Positions 38,624 to 51,636 of a stretch of DNA of 64,000 nt are shown one piece after another. Every line of letters begins with the position of its first letter. Position 1 is the stretch's first letter. Source of the stretch: Eledone cirrhosa (taxonomy: Eukaryota); the NCBI GenBank assembly GCA_964016885.1, contig OZ024741.1, forward strand, positions 363,878,001 through 363,942,000. The letters are read 5' to 3'. The notes under the pieces were generated by a model. It made no database searches. It was given only the letters and a program-made list of their open reading frames with translations, and was not told the origin of the DNA. The translations under genes and the position numbers were made by a program.

Positions 38624-41600
38624 AACATTATTTCTATTGCTGTTCCTTTTTTATATTGAATTATAAAAATTACCCATTTCATCCTGCTCAAAACAACAAT
38701 TTTCAGTGAATAGTTGGTAACTTTCCAATGTCTAAATATACTCAGAGGACTGAGTTAAATGTTAAATTCAATGGCTTTGTATTGACAAGAGAGAAAATAG
38801 TTTAGCATATAAACAAAACTATTAAACCAAAAGGGACGATATTTATCATCATCATCACAACTACCATCATTTTATATCCACTTTCCATGCTAGCATGAGT
38901 TAGACAGGTTGTCATGGTCCAAACCAGTCCTTAGAGTTACTTCCCACTTAGATGGGTTACAACATCATATCTTCCCTGTATGTTCTATTTTTGGCAAAGA
39001 TTCTACAGCTGGATGCCCTTCTGAACAGAAAACACTCTATAGAGTGTACTGAGTGTGTTTTTGTCATGATACCAGCACTAGATAGATTGTTATATCCCCA
39101 ACAAGACTAACAAATCTTTTTGAGCTTACCTTGTCTACTCTTTCATCTATCATATTACAGAGTGAATTGGGTACATTTTATCATGGCACTAATACTAAGG
39201 TAACATAACAGAGGGTGGGTAGAAGAGAGAGCAATAACAGAAGAACCAAGGCAAGTAAATGAAGGGAACATGAGTCTGATGGGAGAAAGAGTGATGAGGG
39301 TGAGAGGTAATGGAAGAGAGACAGCACTGGAAGGACAAATACAAAGGAAAGAGGAGTAATGACAGGGGTAACAGAAGTGAAACAGTGATAGCAAATACAA
39401 AAAAACACTCTGTATTAGTAACTGTTCAATTTATTAAGATAATCAATGACATTTTTAGAATACTGACTAAAGAATTGAACATAATTCTGTAAATAAGATT
39501 TCTATCTTTAAAACAATTTAAAAATAGGATATACCAAAAAGCATTCACAAGTCTCCTTTTATTTCTCATTGTTTTCTAGCAATTCTATCTCTAAAATTAC
39601 AGCATCCATGTTTGCCTGTTTTATATTTTGTCATATATATTTTGACTAATCAGTCTAATATATTTTTTTAAATTTAAAATTCTGTATTATGATTAATTAG
39701 CTTAAAAGGTTTATAAAATAATTAATTGGAATATATCATACACACTAAAAATAAATGTTATTTAAATTTTAGGAACTAAAAAAACATTTTAATATATGAA
39801 ATGAAAACCTAAAATATAAAAAAACAAAACAAAAACTAAAACAAAACAAAACAAAAAAAACTTTAAAAAATGTAATATTATGCTGACAATTGTTATAATC
39901 ATCATTATCATCATCTAGCCGATCCAACTCTTAGCCATGACCTCTCCCATTGATGGCAATGTCTGTTGCATGGATCTCTGATGTCTAAAGGGCCTTTAAT
40001 GTAAAATAATGCATGAATATGTAGTATGATAACCTGTTGGTATGAATAAGTTGCAAGTATCAAATTAACTAACTCACTAGAAACTGATTCTAGTTCTATG
40101 ATACAAAACAGTTTGTTTCAAAGTATTTATATTATCTAAAAACCTCCCATCATAAGTTTATGAAAGAACCTTTGTTATGTTTCAGATGCCATATTAATAG
40201 TAAGAAAGTTAGTTATATTACTAAATTCCTCCAAATCCTTGATTTAAAAAAAAATAATTTGAAGAGAAGTGTTATTGCTTCTGGTTGGTGTACTTAGTTC
40301 CTTGTCGTCATCTCCATAATCCTCACCCTCATCAACCTCTGTCTGTACATCACCATAATTGATGTTTGTTTTCCAATGATGTCATGGATTAATGAACTAA
40401 GCAATGCTCTATTTTCTAATTCTTTGTGCATAAAGCATGGCCAAATGTTTAAGAAGTTTGTTATATAATCATTGGGAAAATGGCCTTAAAACGTTTGTTG
40501 TAGCTGCTAAACTGCAACAAGGCCACTTAAATGTCTTATTTCTTTAATCACATAGCTTTATAGAAAACAGTTTTTGTGATTATTATAAACTGCTCTTGGT
40601 TCTATGAAACAAAACCTTTAAATTCTTCTATCATAATTTTATGAAAGAACTTGTTATGCTCCAAAACCAGTTTAATAATGAAAAAGTTGGTTTTATCACT
40701 AGATCCATCCAAATTCTGGATCATTTACAAAATTATTTGAAAATCATAGGCAGGGCTTAAAGAAAAATATAGTAATGATAGAGTTGACCTCATTTTTTTT
40801 TTATATCAGCCCAGTCAAATTTGGCTTTACTTCCATGAAACAAAATCACTAATTTTAAAGAGTTCCTTTTTAAATTAAAATCTTCCAACATAATTTTAAA
40901 AAAGAGTATTTCATTAGAAATCTGGTAACAAAAGGGTTAAACTAGGTTATTTGAGATGTTTGAAGACCATATGTGTGAAACTTTGCCACAAGATTCTCAT
41001 GATAAACACATTGAAGCATTTTATTGATGCGATGTGTTTCAACTAGGTTAAGTTCTCACGGTCAAGTAGTATGTCAAATAAAAAAGAAAAGCAGATATCC
41101 AGTAGATATAGCTCAATGGAAACTTAAAATGAAAAGGCAGAGAGAATCAAAGAGATAATTATGACCATATAGGTGCATACATAGCTATGTAGTTAAGGAC
41201 TTCACATGGCAACCACTGCATGGTACCTTCAGTAGATGTCTTCTACTATAGTTTTGGTTGACCAATGCCTTAAAATTTGGTAGACTGAAATTATTTTCAG
41301 TATTATTTGGAAATCATAGGCAGTGTCTTTCATTAGAAGTATGATAACAAAAGGTTAAGCCTATGCTAAAAGGTTTTTTAAATCGATCTGAAAAATGGAT
41401 TCAGACAAATCGGAAAATTGTGCGTTTTTTTTTTAATAATTGGTCGCCAATTTGTACTTTCCTCAACTTTCCACCAGCATCAATGTGATGCCAACTCATA
41501 CTTTAGTATTTTTAAAAATTGTATATGTCACTGACATTCTTTGAAAGAGCTTTAGTAGTTGTGTGTTTTAAGGAGGGTATAGTATAATTGTTTTGTTGGT

Positions 41601-41966
41601 GTATATCATGTTGAAGAAACTGAATTGTTATTCACCATTGGAGTATGTTATTTTTTTGAGCTCTCTATTAAAAAAAAGGAGTGCATGCCTGGTCAGTGAC
41701 CATGGTTGGATGTGGAGGGTTAAAGAGGTAAAGGTGGTATAATCTGTGTAGCTCTGTGTGTATGTGTATGGTATTAGAAATAACAAGAAAAAAAGCATGG
41801 GGAACATATTGGAGGATTTGGGTACACCACAATCAACAGGCTGTGTTTGAAAAAGCCTTACTGTTATGGAACATTGTAAAATGTTATAGAAAAGCCTAAT
41901 TACTTATTGATATTTGAACAGTAAAAAATAATTAAAAAAAAGTTATATATATATTCTCAACTAGTT

Positions 41967-42475
41967 CATCATCATCATCATCATCATCATCAGGTTTAGC
42001 GTCCGTGTTCCATGCTTGCATGGGTTTGGACGTGGGGTTTTCCCACTTGAGGCAAGAGTGGTTGTCTTGCTCGCATAGGACTGTCTGGCGGGTTTTCTAC
42101 AGTTGGATGCCCTTCCTAACACCAACCACATTTACAGTGTGGGGCTGGGAGGTTTTTACCGTGTTGCCTACACGGCCACATTACAGCGTGGACTGTCTGG
42201 CGGGTTTTCTACAGCTGGATGCCCTTCCTAACACCAACCACATTTACAGTGTGGGGCTGGGAGGTTTTTACCGTGTTGCCTACACGGCCACATTTACAGC
42301 GTGGACTGTCTGGCGGGTTTTCTACAGCTGGATGCCCTTCCTAACACCAACCACATTTACAGTGTGGGGCTGGGAGGTTTTTACCGTGTTGCCTACACGG
42401 CCACATTTACAGCGTGGACTGTGTGTTTTTTGTCGTGACACCTACACGATCTCATTTGTTTCGGCCTGGATGTTG
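41967..42475 (-). mobile_element. Young RTE 3'UTR fragment with three ~118-bp internal repeats
   Basis: Near-identical to the reverse complement of 55385-55778, with one extra repeat unit. Confidence 0.9.
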
Positions 42476-43304
42476 TTATATTTAGTTTTGCAAAGAATCA
42501 TACTATATAATAATAATAATAATGGTTTCTTATGTAGGCACATGGCCAGCAATTTTGGGGGAGGGAAAAGTCAATTAAATCGACCCCAGTGCGTAACTGG
42601 TACTTTATTTTATCGACCCCATAAGGATGAAAGGCAAAGTTAACCTCAGCTGGATTTGAACTCACCATAAAGGGCTGGATGTTGTTATATTTAGTTTTGC
42701 AAAGAATCATACTATATAATAATAATAATAATGGTTTCTTATGTAGGCACATGGCCAGCAATTTTGGGGGAGGGAAAAGTCAATTAAATCGACCCCAGTG
42801 CGTAACTGGTACTTTATTTTATCGACCCCATAAGGATGAAAGGCAAAGTTAACCTCAGCTGGATTTGAACTCACCATAAAGGGCTGGATGTTGTTATATT
42901 TAGTTTTGCAAAGAATCATACTATATAATAATAATAATAATGGTTTCTTATGTAGGCACATGGCCAGCAATTTTGGGGGAGGGAAAAGTCAATTAAATCG
43001 ACCCCAGTGCGTAACTGGTACTTTATTTTATCGACCCCATAAGGATGAAAGGCAAAGTTAACCTCAGCTGGATTTGAACTCACCATAAAGGGCTGGATGT
43101 TGTTATATTTAGTTTTGCAAAGAATCATACTATATAATAATAATAATAATGGTTTCTTATGTAGGCACATGGCCAGCAATTTTGGGGGAGGGAAAAGTCA
43201 ATTAAATCGACCCCAGTGCGTAACTGGTACTTTATTTTATCGACCCTATAAGGATGAAAGGCAAAGTTAACCTCAGCTGGATTTGAACTCACCATAAAGG
43301 GCTG
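42466..43304. repeat. 4 x 209-bp near-perfect tandem repeat containing a SINE 3' half
   Basis: Units start at 42466, 42675, 42884 and 43093; one visible substitution; the SINE head is completed at 43305-43355. Confidence 0.95.
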
Positions 43305-43650
43305 TAACTCTTTGCTGCAAAGCATGGTGTCAGACCTCTATCGATTCTGCCAATCCCCCTTAGATACAAGGCTAGGAATTTGTGGGGAGAGGAAAGTCAA
43401 TTCAAGTCAACCCCCAGGACTTTACTGGTACTTATTTTATTGACCCTGGAATTTGAAATCAGAACATAGAGGGCTGTAATGTATTTCATACAACACACTA
43501 ACAATTCTGCTAATCCACTGTCCTAATGATAATAATTAAGTCGTATAAGCCACTTTTCTTTTTTTGCAATTAGAATTATCATAAGTACCATAATGAAAAC
43601 TAATTTATCCTACTTCACATTTTACTATATAAATATGAAACACAGCTATA

Positions 43651-43834
43651 TAATTGTTTCTACTTTTGGCACAAGGCCAGGAATTATCCCAGTGTATTAC
43701 TGGTACTTTATTTTATCGACCCCGTAAGGATGAAAGGCAAAGTTAACCTCGGCGGGATTTGAACTCAGACCATAAAGGGCCGTAACTCTTTGCTGCAAAA
43801 CATGGTGTCTGACCCTCTACCAATACTGCCAATC
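43651..43834 (-). mobile_element. Nin/Deu-like SINE
   Basis: Full reverse-complement copy of the family. Confidence 0.9.
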
Positions 43835-43924
43835 AATAATTTGTGTGGTAAATAAAAATGTTCAAGTCATTTGTAAAGATAAAATATTTTACTATACAAA
43901 TATGAAAATATTTACACAGCTATA

Positions 43925-44083
43925 TGGTAAAATTCCATTATAACAAATTTTTCAGTATTACAAAATTGTTTTCAATCCCTGGCCACATGCTCGATGTGTT
44001 AGGTCGATCTCATTATAAAGAACTTTTTGTTACAATTTTTTTTTATACCCTCCGTGGATTTCGTTATAACAGAATTTCACTGT
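43925..44083. mobile_element. Tigger/pogo-like MITE
   Basis: TIRs ggtaaaattccattataac / gttataacagaatttcactg, flanked by TA. Confidence 0.6.
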
Positions 44084-46810
44084 AATAATAATTTGTGTAG
44101 TAAATAAAAATGTTCAAGTCATTTGTAAAGATAAGAAAATATTTTGAACACTAAGCTAAAGGTTTTGATATGAAAAAAGAATCTTCGCATCTTACAACTA
44201 AACCTGATAAAGAATATTAAGCAGAAAAAAATATCTTCATGTGAGGAATATATGACACAAAATATCACTTTAAAATCTGTATATATAAATTTTAAATTTG
44301 CTGAATGTGCAACATGAATTTCAAAAACAAACTGATTTCAAGTGAATTGAGAAATCAAAAACACAACATTTGGGATTGGTAGTATGTACTAAGATAAATG
44401 GTGTACAGTAAGTGAGAAAAGTGAAAAGGACCATGAAACAATAACTGAATCAAAAGGATATGGAGGAAAGACTAACAACAGCTGATTTGAATGAAGCTGA
44501 AGAAAAATAGGTAAAGATAGAGGTGATAGTGGCATTGTTCTGTCAACTCATCAAAAGAACATACAAATAATTCATGATAATATGTTAACTGGAAGTAACT
44601 AATTACATTAATAAACATAAATGTTATTTTTATTAATATTACTAAGTTTAAGAGTGTAATAATTGGTTTCCTTCAGTCATGACTGACCATGGGCTTGTAC
44701 CTGGAAAGGTCCTCTCCTCGGCACATGCCTGGGCAAGGTGTTTTTGTTGAAGACCAACAGTCACTCATGTATGTCAGTCTCCCACCACCGATATTGTCCA
44801 AGAGAAAGTCAAAGGCCAATAGTTGGCATCAGTGTTGTCACAACTTATTTTTCCAACTAAGTGAACAAGAGCAATGTGAAATAGTGTCTTGCTCAAAGAC
44901 ACATCATGCCATCCAGTATGGAAACCAAATTCACAATCTTACAATTATGATCATAGCACCCTACCCACTAGGCTACAAGCCTTCACAAGAGTGGCAAAGT
45001 ATATAATTTTACTTGTTTTGGTTCACAGCACTAGTTATTATTAGAAACATTTAGAAAATGTAAAAGTCAAAATTTAACAAAGCAAATTAAATTTCAGTAT
45101 TTACTAACATAGAATTAAAAAAACAATAATTGTCGTAATTAACATTTGGTTAAAATGTTTGGAAGGACAGGAGAACCTACAGTGCAGGTTACAACATTAA
45201 CATTTTGGGTGTGTATTTGGTACTTACACATTCCATCATCACCTATAAAAATAAATATCTGATAATGAAGTCTTTTCTTTAAGCACGAAACATTAATCTT
45301 GAATCAATAAAATGTATATCATATCACTTTTAAAAGATTCTATACAATATATTTCAATATATTAACTCAATGTTCAGCACCACATGAAACTTCATTAGCA
45401 AGACATTCTTGAAAAGTACAAAATAGCAATATGACTGCATTGCATTAAAAACTGAAGTCTTTACTCTAATATAACTTTTCACAATGATCTACAAATTAGT
45501 AAAGATACTGTAAACCTTTTGAATCAACGAACCTGATTTTAGATATTTTCTGCTGAATCATTACAGGATGTTAAAATTTAAAATAAAATATACTTTGTAA
45601 TGATTTTAACTCATGAAACTTTTGGGTAATATTACCAATACACCAATATATTATTATCAAATCCTGCTTCTGAATTAAATATGATTAAACCTGTATTACA
45701 TTTTCTCTAGTATGTTGAACTTCAAACTATTTCTTTGTGGTTTACATTACCCCCCCCCCCCCCCCACACACACACACACAAAGAACATTATCTTTGAAAA
45801 AATATATTCACATACATACATGCAAAAATGCTCAGATATACAAGAGCTCTCATTCATTAGTTATTGACAAAAACATCTTTTCAGCTGAGAAACAACCTTT
45901 AGCTATTATATCACTTGATGAAGGGCCACAACCTAAAATGTTGAATGTTACACAGTTTCTTCCTTACATCACAAACGTGAACACAAAGCAATTTATTTAT
46001 GCTGTTTTTCATTCCTGAAATCATTTTAAAGCCATTTTCACTTACAATGCAAGGATTAGCCTTGTGGGACACATGTCAAGCTTCATACGCATCATAGATT
46101 CCTTTTTGAGGCAATATTTTATGGTCAGATGCCCTTCTTGGAGGTAACATTTAATTGTCTCTTATGATATGCAAGGATTTGTGTACCTATTCTTAACTGG
46201 ATACACAGCAACTTCATTTTGAATGAATTAATTAAAAGAAAATAGGATAAGGAATAGATAAATTGATTTCTTTTTGTCTAGATTTACAGAAACCTGTCCA
46301 AAATAATTTAAACATTATATGTTCTCATGACGAATTTGTACCATACAGTCAGATGTGGTATGTTAGAATAAGCTAAAATATGGCAGCATTTAACTACTTA
46401 CAGTTAAAAACAACAACACCTTTTTCATATGGCATACTCAGAATATTAAATCTATAATTGGTTACATACAAATAATCAGTTACCTCTTCTGCACCTCACC
46501 TCTGCTAAAGCAGAGCTGAGGTGAATGGGAAGGGGCAACTAAGTCAGGTCATACTTGTATAGGTTTAGCTGGCCTACTACTAAGTTGCAATTATAGTTTT
46601 CTATGAGTTTTAATGATAGGAGCACTATTCATATGAAAAGTAGCGTGGAATTAAGTATTTTGCTCAACAATACGTATTGTCCAGCTTACGAATTGGATCT
46701 TATGATTGCAAGTCCAACAGTCTAACCACTAGGCCAAACATGCACCTTTACAATTATGTCACAAACAATAACTGAAACAATAAAGATTAAGAAATTTAAT
46801 TCAAATTTAC

Positions 46811-47018
46811 CCTTTTCAAGGAAGTCATTCCATTTTCGAGACCACTGTGATAGCTGCTTTGCATAAGACTTTTCTATATCACTTCTTGTTTCGATCAACT
46901 GCCTTAAACTGTCACAAAGTTTACTGCCATTTTCAATCCGTTTTACGGTCCGGTTATATTTTCCTATCTCCCAGAAACTCTCACTCGCTTGGTTGTTATA
47001 CTCATCCATAACAGACAT
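46811..47018 (-). CDS. PACSIN: PACSIN/syndapin F-BAR protein, first coding exon (exon probably starts at 47044 with 26 nt of 5'UTR)
   Basis: MSVMDEYNNQASESFWEIGKYNRTVKRIENGSKLCDSLRQLIETRSDIEKSYAKQLSQWSRKWNDFLEKG matches the PACSIN FCH signature (SFWE.G.Y.RTVKRI..G..LC; IEK.YA..L..W..KW). Donor G|gtaaat at 46810 (phase 1); polypyrimidine acceptor ttttctaattttag ending at 47045. Confidence 0.95.
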
Positions 47019-47862
47019 TTGTTACAGTTATAGCCACCAGTCACCTAAAATTAGAAAAAAAAAAAAAGTTATAAAACCATGTGAGAATTTCATTACAATG
47101 ACTTAACAATACAAAAATGTACTTTATATAAAAGATTAGGTGTAGGTAGTCATTGTTAATTTTTATTTTCAATAGATATATTTTCTGACGAGGAATTTTC
47201 TAACAATAACATGTGTATATAACAATTTCCTCCCACCACACTCTATTAAACACTGAGAAAAAAACAATTTCTTTCTATTCTATATATTTGTTTCATATCT
47301 AAATAATAAATATAATGTCAGCAAAAGCATTAAATTACAAACTCAGAGACCACATACTTTTAACATCAAGTAAAAATGTAGATTTATATATATATTTTTT
47401 AAAGATGAATTAGGTCACTTAATATTTTTAACAAATTTACTAAGTTTCTGTGCTAAGGGAAAATATGTATATGCAGGCATGTTAACAAAAAAGAATAAAG
47501 TCTGTTCCACACCCAGAGGCTCATCAGGCCAAAACTTAAACTGGTTTCAATGGCATTAAGTGACAGAGTATAAGATTCTTCCTTGGACAGGACATCAGTC
47601 CATTGGTGAGTTAAGCTCACAGCTGCTGCAATGTAAGATGAAGTGTTTGCCAAAGAAAATGTGTCACCATGGAATCGAACTCACAACATTAAGATCATAA
47701 TAGTTTGAGACACTCAATGTCCTGAGTCCTCACACTGTCATTTTTCTCTGCCTAATCAGTATGAGGGCATTACACCTGAGGAAGGAGCTTTGCAATGTGG
47801 AATGGCTGATGCAGCGGATATCACTGGGTGTTCTTTGCTATCTTGTTCACAGTGCGTGCGTG

Positions 47863-47906
47863 TATATATATATTATATATATATATTATATATTATATAT
47901 ATATAT

Positions 47907-47937
<31 letters not shown>

Positions 47938-48088
47938 ATATATATTATATATATATATTATATATATTATATATATATATATATTATATATATATATTAT
48001 ATATATATATATTATATATATATATTATATATATATATTATATATATATATTATATATATTATATATATATATTATATATATATATTA

Positions 48089-48131
<43 letters not shown>

Positions 48132-48200
48132 ATTATATATATATATTATATATATTATATATATATATATTATATATATATATTATATATATATATTATA
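47863..48200. repeat. (TA)n-derived microsatellite
   Basis: TA dinucleotides with periodic TT slips. Confidence 0.98.
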
Positions 48201-50526
48201 TCATCATCATCATCATCATCAACGTTTAACGTCCGTGTTCCACGCTTGCATGGGTTTGGACGGGGGTAGTCCCACTTGAGGCAAGAGTGATTGTCTTGCT
48301 CGCATAGGACTGTCTGGCAGGTTTTCTACAGTTGGATGCCCTTCCTAACACCAACCACATTTACAGTGTGGGTCTGGGAGGTTTTTACCGTGTTGCCTAC
48401 ACGGCCACATTACAGCGTGGACTGTGTGTTTTTTTGTCGTGACACCTACACGATCTCATTTGTTTCGGCCTGGATGGCGCGGCACCAACATAACTTTACA
48501 TAGAACGGGGTGGTGTGGGTGGGGTGGGGGTGGTGGGACAGGGTGTATTTTGTTAGAGATGCCTACTGGCTGGAGTAGGTTTTACTATATATTTAGGTAA
48601 GGCGGGTCTTCTCTGTTACTGAGTACCGCCAAAGGTCTCGGTCCAGTGACATTGTCTTGGAGAGGTGTAAGTGTGTGATGTCAGAGTTTATCAGCTCGTC
48701 CCAGGTTTTTATAGGTCTGCCTATTCCGTGACTACCGTCTATCTTTATTGCCCTGCACTTTGTTATACAGCTATCGACTTTCATGCGCATCACGTGTCCA
48801 TACCAACGTAGCCTTCTCTCGAGTAAACAACATCTGATCCCTCTTATCTCTAATTTTTTCCTTAGTTCGTTTATGCTTTGCCGTTCACGTATATTACTGT
48901 TACACATCCAGCGGAGCATGCAAGCTTCGTTCCTCTCTAGTCTGCGTATATCCTCTGCACACAATGCCCAGGTCTCACTGCCATGCAACATTGCTGTTCG
49001 TATGCAGGCATCGTACAACCTGCCTTTCATTTTTAGGGAGAACCCTTTAGCAGCTAATAGTGGTATAAGCTCTCTGAACTTTTTCCAACCAGTTCTGACT
49101 CTAGCTACAGTACTTTCAGAGCACCCTCCCCCACTGCTGATTTTATCGCCCAGGTAACGGAAGCTGTCCACCATTTCTATAGAAGCCTCTGCGCAATTGA
49201 AAGAGCTAGTATTTTGTGGGCACTTGCTGCTACTTATTGCACCAGAACACCGGCCACATGTAAAATCTATGTTCTTAGTTAGCTTACCTGTGATCCCACT
49301 ACATCTTTTATGCACCCATACTTTGCATTTAGGACATAAAATGGAGTTTCTACCTACGCCTTTCCTACACACCGAGCACGACCATTTCCCAGAAGGGACC
49401 GCCGCCTTGTTTTCTTTCCTACAAACTAGAACTTTGGTCTTAGCCAGGTTAATTTTAAGTCCTTTTGACTCTAGGCCGTGCTTCCATGTTTGGAATTTCT
49501 TCTCTAGCTCGGCCATTGATTCCGCTATGAGTGTCAGGTCGTCTGCGTATAGGAGTTCCCATGGGCAGCCTGTCATGAACTCCTCTGTTATAGCCTGAAG
49601 GGCAATAATAAATAGTAGGGGGGTGAGAACAGAGCCCTGATGGACGCCAACTTTTACGCTAAACTCTTCACTATATTCGTTGTTAATTCTAACCTTGCTG
49701 ACTGTTTCTTTATACATGGCTTGTATAGCCCTCACAAGCCATTCGTCAACGCCTAGTTTTCTAAGAGCCCACCAGATAATGGAGCGGGGGACTCTGTCGA
49801 AGGCTTTCTCCAGGTCGACAAAAGCTAAGTAGAGGGGTTTACCTTTAGCTAGGTACTTCTCCTGTAGTTGTCGTACTATGAAAAGAGCGTCTGTGGTACT
49901 TTTGCCTGACACAAACCCGAACTGCATTTCATCTAGGTCAATTCTCTCTCTGATTAGTTGCGCTATTACTTTTTCCGTGACCTTCATGACCTGGTCGATT
50001 AATTTAATGCCTCTATAGTTACTCCTATCTAGGGCGTCTCCTTTACCCTTATAACAGTTAACGATGATGCTGCTATGCCAGTCCTTCGGAACAACCCCAT
50101 TCTGTACGACTTGGTTAACTATGCGGGTGACCATGGTGTGTCCCACCGTGCCAGATGCCTTCAGCATCTCAGCAACTATTTCCGAAGGCCCAGCCGCCTT
50201 ACCCGTCTTCATATCCTTGATTGCCTTACTTATTATACTCCCCTCGACTAACACTGCTGGTCCCTCTATTGGGTCGATATGGGGGAGACTGTCTTTCTCC
50301 CATTTATTCTCCTCATTTAGTAGCCTTTCATAGTGACACTTCCAAGCTAACTTCTTATCAGCGTCGGTGATGGCAAGTATGCCATCATCGTTAAGTACAC
50401 ACTTCTCCCCGACAATATCACGGTTTTCCTTGACCCATTGCCTAGCAATCCTGAACACCTCACGTTTTTGGTCATCACGTTGTAGAACATGCTTGAACTT
50501 TCTTTCCTCAGCTTCCCTTCTTGCTA
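48201..50526 (-). mobile_element. Young RTE LINE, 5'-truncated, open RT ORF (48593 to ~50526)
   Basis: 621+ aa uninterrupted, with DLEKAFDRV, QGSVL.P, YADD and YLG; 3'UTR and (GAT)n tail; both ends lie in (TA)n. Confidence 0.96.
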
Positions 50527-51528
50527 TATAATATATATAATATATATATATTATATAGATATATATATATATATTATATAGATATATATAATATATATAT
50601 ATTATATAGATATATATATATATATTATATATATATATAATATATATATATTATATATATATAATATATATATATTATATATATATTATATAGATATATA
50701 TATATATATTATATAGATATATATATATATATTATATAGATATATATATATATATTATATAGATATATATATATATATTATATAGATATATATATATATA
50801 TTATATAGATATATATATATATATTATATAGATATAGATATATATATTATATAGATATAGATATATATATAGATATAGATATATATATATTATATAGATA
50901 TATATATATTATATAGATATAGATATATATATATTATATAGATATAGATATATATATATTATATAGATATATATATATATATTATATAGATATATATATA
51001 TATATATATTATATAGATATAGATATATATATATTATATAGATATATATATATATATATTATATAGATATATATATATATATATTATATAGATATATATA
51101 TATATATATTATATAGATATATATATATATATATTATATAGATATATATATATATATATTATATAGATATATATATATATTATATAGATATATATATATA
51201 TATATTATATAGATATATATATATATATATTATATAGATATATATATATATATATTATATAGATATATATATATATATATTATATAGATATATATATATA
51301 TATTATATAGATATATATATATATATTATATAGATATATATATTATATAGATATATATATATATATTATATAGATATATATATATATATTATATAGATAT
51401 ATATATATTATATAGATATATTTATATTATATAGATATATATATTTATATTATATAGATATATATATATATATTATATAGATATATATATATATATTATA
51501 TAGATATATATATATATATATATAGATA
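50527..51528. repeat. TA microsatellite with higher-order TTATATAGA(TA)n unit
   Basis: Direct inspection. Confidence 0.98.
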
Positions 51529-51565
51529 TAATATAAGATCAAAAGATGGTTAAAGGAGTTCAATA

Positions 51566-51636
51566 TATTTTATTATGCGCATTTCAAAAACAAACATCAT
51601 CAAACAATAATATTTGTGTTTTCATCAGATAAAACA
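51566..51636 (-). ncRNA. Type I hammerhead ribozyme in the PLE 3' region
   Basis: Exact reverse complement of 53571-53641. Confidence 0.85.

Noticed and set aside
42466-43304. CRISPR-like array or repeated 87-aa genes
   Set aside because: Whole units are identical with no unique spacers; the ORFs are chance SINE translations.
45913-45947. TTGATGA-aggg..cct-AAAA-tgtt
   Set aside because: Two core substitutions; at most a dead hammerhead relic, so not listed as a feature.
47184-47210. CTGACGA hammerhead-like start (also CTGATGA near 1570, 2811 and 36526)
   Set aside because: No stem II followed by GAAA and NUH in register.
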